A stretch of DNA of 23,807 nucleotides. Origin: Lama guanicoe. Its lineage: Eukaryota. The notes beneath the pieces are model-generated. The model saw nothing but the letters and a program-made list of their open reading frames with translations. It did no database searches and was not told the origin of the DNA. Every line of letters starts with the position of its first letter. Position 1 is the first letter of the stretch. Location of the stretch: contig MU053085.1 in the NCBI GenBank assembly GCA_013239625.1, forward strand, positions 62,001 to 85,807. Reading direction: 5' to 3'. Positions 20,160 to 23,807 of this stretch are shown one piece after another. The translations under genes were made by a program, and so were the position numbers.

Positions 20160-21790
20160 ATACTCAGAATTTTAGCATTTCACGATCACATATAAACAAA
20201 TGAAAAAAAAATTATCAGATGTTTGAAGAAAGCCTCTAACATAAAAAAGTCTTAACAAAGAAAGGGGAAAATGGGAATTTGGAGGAAATAGAGAACAATT
20301 TGTAAACAGAAATCTCAGAGAGAAAATTTAAAATGATTATATGTATGAAAAAAATAGAATCCTATAATAAAAAATATTTAAAGAACAGAGTTAACTCCGT
20401 GTGTATAAAGTGTGTATGTATAACTATATATATAAAGATACAGTTGATAAAAATATCCAGTTTTAAAATCAAAAGACATGGGAATATATAAGAAAAATAT
20501 ATCAGTTAGGGAACCAGTCCAGAAGTATCAATAGCTAAAAATAAGAGTTCCAAGAAACATAACAGAGAATATGGAAGTGAACATTTATATTTAACAGCAA
20601 ATGTCCCATAACTGAATAATAGTTTCCAGAAGAATCAGAAAAGCCCCCATAGCAATGACCAGAAAAACACCTATACCAAAACCAGTCACCCTAAAATTTC
20701 ACAACAGTGGATATGAAGTGAAGAGTCTAAACTCTTACAGAGGGAGAGAAAAGAAAACAGGACCCTCCACAGGATCATGATACAGAACATCCTTAGCCTT
20801 CTCATTGGAAACTAGGAGAAGGTGGAATGATGTTTTCAAATTTCTGAGACAAGATGGTGTGGATCCAGCCAGACCACCAACCATGTATGAAGGTTGTCTA
20901 AAGGATTTTCAGATAGTCAAAGTCTTGATGCACATATTCATCCTCAAGAAGCTGACTGGAGTTTGTGCTCTGCACAGAGAAAGTGGAAGAACGGATACAC
21001 TGGAAAGAGCTTTCCTGCAGAAGAGGAGTGACAGCTGATTGGCAAGAGAAAGAAATCCCAAGATGACCACCCAGCAGGAAGTCTAGACAGCAAATGATTC
21101 AGACTGGAGCTGGAGGATGAAGGACTTCAGGAGGAAGACCTCCAAGAAAGAGCAAAACTGAATAGGAACGTATTTAGGTCCTTTGAGGAGACATTTAAAG
21201 ATTGTTTGAGGATGAACTTGTGATGGTCACACTGAGAGGTGACCAAATGAAAAAAGTAACCCTAGGGCAACAATGAATTGGGCAGAATATGAAATATAAT
21301 GTTAATATACTACATGGCATATTCTACGTGGCTTTGCTATGAATACTATTTACATAGTCACATAATGCAAATATTGACTATTGAGTTAACTGCTAAATAC
21401 TAAGAATCTGATTTATGTAATTTTTTGGGAAGAAACGTTGTGTGTGTGTATGTGTTCACAGGTATATGCTTATACATGTGGCTGTAAATACGAGCTCTTG
21501 CAGAGAGAGGGCAGCATAAGAAAGCTCAATTTTTCTCCTGTGTTTTCCATTTTGGCAGGTCCATAGATACTGCTTATGACTGAATAATTAAGAAAGAATA
21601 GGATACCCATGTGATTCAGAAAATGGAGTAACTAACAGAAGGAACAGCTGAAATGTTAAATGGAGTATGGTATCTGGGGTTTACAATCTGAAGTATGGGA
21701 GAGCAGAACAAAATACCTGTTTTGGTGCAAGATTCATAGAGCTATCAAACTCTTTCAACAATAAGTGGTCTAATTTTGCTAAAAATAAGA
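20160..21790 (+). mobile_element. HAL1 (half-L1) element, ORF1-like remnant plus 3' region
   Basis: ORF 20805..21038 'ETRRRWNDVFKFLRQ..PARP..YEG..KDFQ' resembles the L1/HAL1 ORF1 C-terminus (LEARRQWSNAFKILKE..PAKLS..YEG..KTF). Downstream 'atcccaagatgaccacccagcaggaagtctagacagcaaatgattcagactggagctggaggatgaaggacttcaggaggaagacctccaagaaa' matches the HAL1 consensus as recalled. No ORF2 follows. Confidence 0.82.
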
Positions 21791-23807
21791 ATCAAAGAAA
21801 CAATGGGTAGAATACTCCTGAAAATGAAGTAGCTCCTAGTGAAGAAAGGAAATGAATGAATGGCCATGGAACAGTTGTTTTTTTAATTTGTCAATTATTT
21901 TATACCTGTAAAATAAGTATGCCATGTGTATATATAATCTATTCAAAAATTAATCATATGATATGTAAAGGGAAAAAAAACACAGAGACTATGATGTTAT
22001 ATAATCATGCCCCTCCAGAATATATACACAGTTTTAATGAAATGTTGCCTGAAATGCAGGCACAAAATAGACCATAAGTATGTGTGGGATACCTTGAAGG
22101 AAATGTCATATAATGAACTTATCACCTTCCATCTTACGGTATTCCATTATGAAATATATAGCTTAAAATTTGAGACTATATCTTGAAATTAGTATCTCTT
22201 GAAAAAACTTTTGCTGGACACTTACCTACTTTTTAAATTTTCTATTCAATAGAAACAAATGATGCTTCATCTTAGTGATTTCATAATTGATTATCCTGAA
22301 AATCAACATTTTCAAGTTTTGATATTTTATGCAGTAAAGGCATTCCATTTTTTACATTATTTGTATTCCACCATGGGAGTTTATAAATATAAGATGGATC
22401 TATCCCAGAATAGCAACTACCTAGTAAATAGGTCCATATGTTTAGGAGAACAACTTTCCACCTGCATGTCTGTAGGACTCCTTTGCCTTCTCCCTCTCCA
22501 CCTCCCACCAAGTCCCCTTCTGTCATATCTTACTTGATGTAGCAGATGTGGATTAACTAGAGATATACAACAGCTTTTAAAAAATTGAATAATTACAGAT
22601 TTTATCAGCATGGTAATAAAAAGTTTTATCTTTCAAACTCAGAAAACCATTGGGTGCTAGAAAACATTTAAATAAGTTTACATTTCTCACATTAAGATTC
22701 CCTGATTTTTCAAAGAATAATTCATACTGACAGCTACAAAGAGCTTTACGGAGGGGAGTGTTTTTTTTCTTGTAATATACATAGTCCAATCTAAATGTAA
22801 TGGCTGCATTTGAACCCACTTAGAGTTAGAGACATGGGGAAGCTTAGTTTCTTGAGTCCTATGTAATATAACAGTATGTCTTTAGAGAAATCTGTCCTGT
22901 TGGGAGAAAGGGAACTCTAGTAATATCTTGAATGTACCCCAGGGTGGATCTATTCTTATGCAAATACAATAACCTCGGTTCTGTATTTCTATGCATGATG
23001 CTGCTCCTGAGCCAAGCTACTGGGGGAGAGAAAAATGACTGTACGGTATGTCAAATTGATTCTGCCTCTCTTGTGGAGCATGTCAAATACATTGCATTTT
23101 TCCTGAGCCCATTTAGATGGAGTATCATCCTGCTGTGTTCCTTTGGATCCTGTACAGACTTCTGATTGCTGAATTGTAACACTAATCATAATAATTATCT
23201 ATGTAACAAGTTCACAATATGAATTGCTACAGATGGTCACATTTTCTTTCACAGAGCACTCAAGCTTATTTGTACAATCTACTTGCTCCCAGATAAAACA
23301 AAAGGCAACATGTAGGTTTTTGTATTTCATCACATAATATAAGTGGCAATTTAGGCCTAGTACATCAGAGGAAATGAGAGATGATAAGAGAGAGTGCTAA
23401 AGAACTTTTCAATAAAGCATATTTGGATTTTGCTATTAGTTTTACAGATATTATCATTACATCTCCAATTAAATACTAAGGATTTGTTTTTTCACAGCAA
23501 GCAATTTTGTTTTTTCTATCTAGAATCTGATATTCATTTTGACCAAAGAGGACATGCAAATGAATTATAATTCAAATATAATACTGTAAGTATAAGTTAT
23601 TGAAATAGAACATAGAGCAAATTTATGACCTTCAAAAAATGGTCTTCTAGGATTGACTGCAGCTGGAAACAGTTTACCCTCCCTGTCACTTCAACAATTG
23701 CCATGTGGGCCTTTAGTTCCAATCTGGTCACCACTTAACAGGTGGCAGCAGGACTGGAGAGAGATTTTGCTGATATTGACACTGATGCTCTGCTGAAGAG
23801 ATATTTT

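Noticed and set aside
22226..22295. Minus-strand 70-bp exon-like segment with AG|GTAAGT donor
   Set aside because: Poor polypyrimidine tract and stop codons in all three frames; likely a pseudo-exon.
22932..23189. Overlapping ORFs 22932..23165 (+) and 22989..23189 (-)
   Set aside because: No recognisable domain or convincing splice context; the lengths are expected by chance.
1..23807. Prokaryotic-type or novel systems (CRISPR array, operon, defence island), tRNA/rRNA genes, CpG-island promoter
   Set aside because: The sequence is eutherian repeat-rich DNA. I saw no regularly spaced repeats, long ORFs, RNA-gene motifs or CpG-rich segment.

Overview
AT-rich, CpG-poor, repeat-rich mammalian (eutherian) non-coding DNA, either intronic or intergenic. 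Two young LINE-1 3'UTR fragments (~1743-1882 and 4532-4581) match the camelid L1 3' end as I recall it. An internally deleted Tigger1 and a MER34-type LTR fit a laurasiatherian host, and I saw no Alu, B1/B2, SINEC, BovA or PRE-1 SINEs, so a camelid (camel/alpaca) genome is likely. Much of the window is old interspersed repeats (L2, MIR, L1MC/L1MB, HAL1, MLT1 LTRs, MER5A, Tigger1), and there is a 261-N assembly gap. I recognise no protein-coding gene, RNA gene or novel biological system; the listed ORFs are chance or repeat-derived. The most notable structure is a 100%-identical duplication of at least 586 bp (1-586 = 2129-2714) with non-collinear junctions, which suggests a recent complex template-switch rearrangement or an assembly artefact. 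Also notable are a 50-bp L1 insertion with a perfect 16-bp TSD, an apparent captured Tigger1-end-plus-flank segment inside an old L1, and a weak minus-strand exon candidate at 9093-9264. Repeat family names come from recalled consensus sequences, not from a database search.
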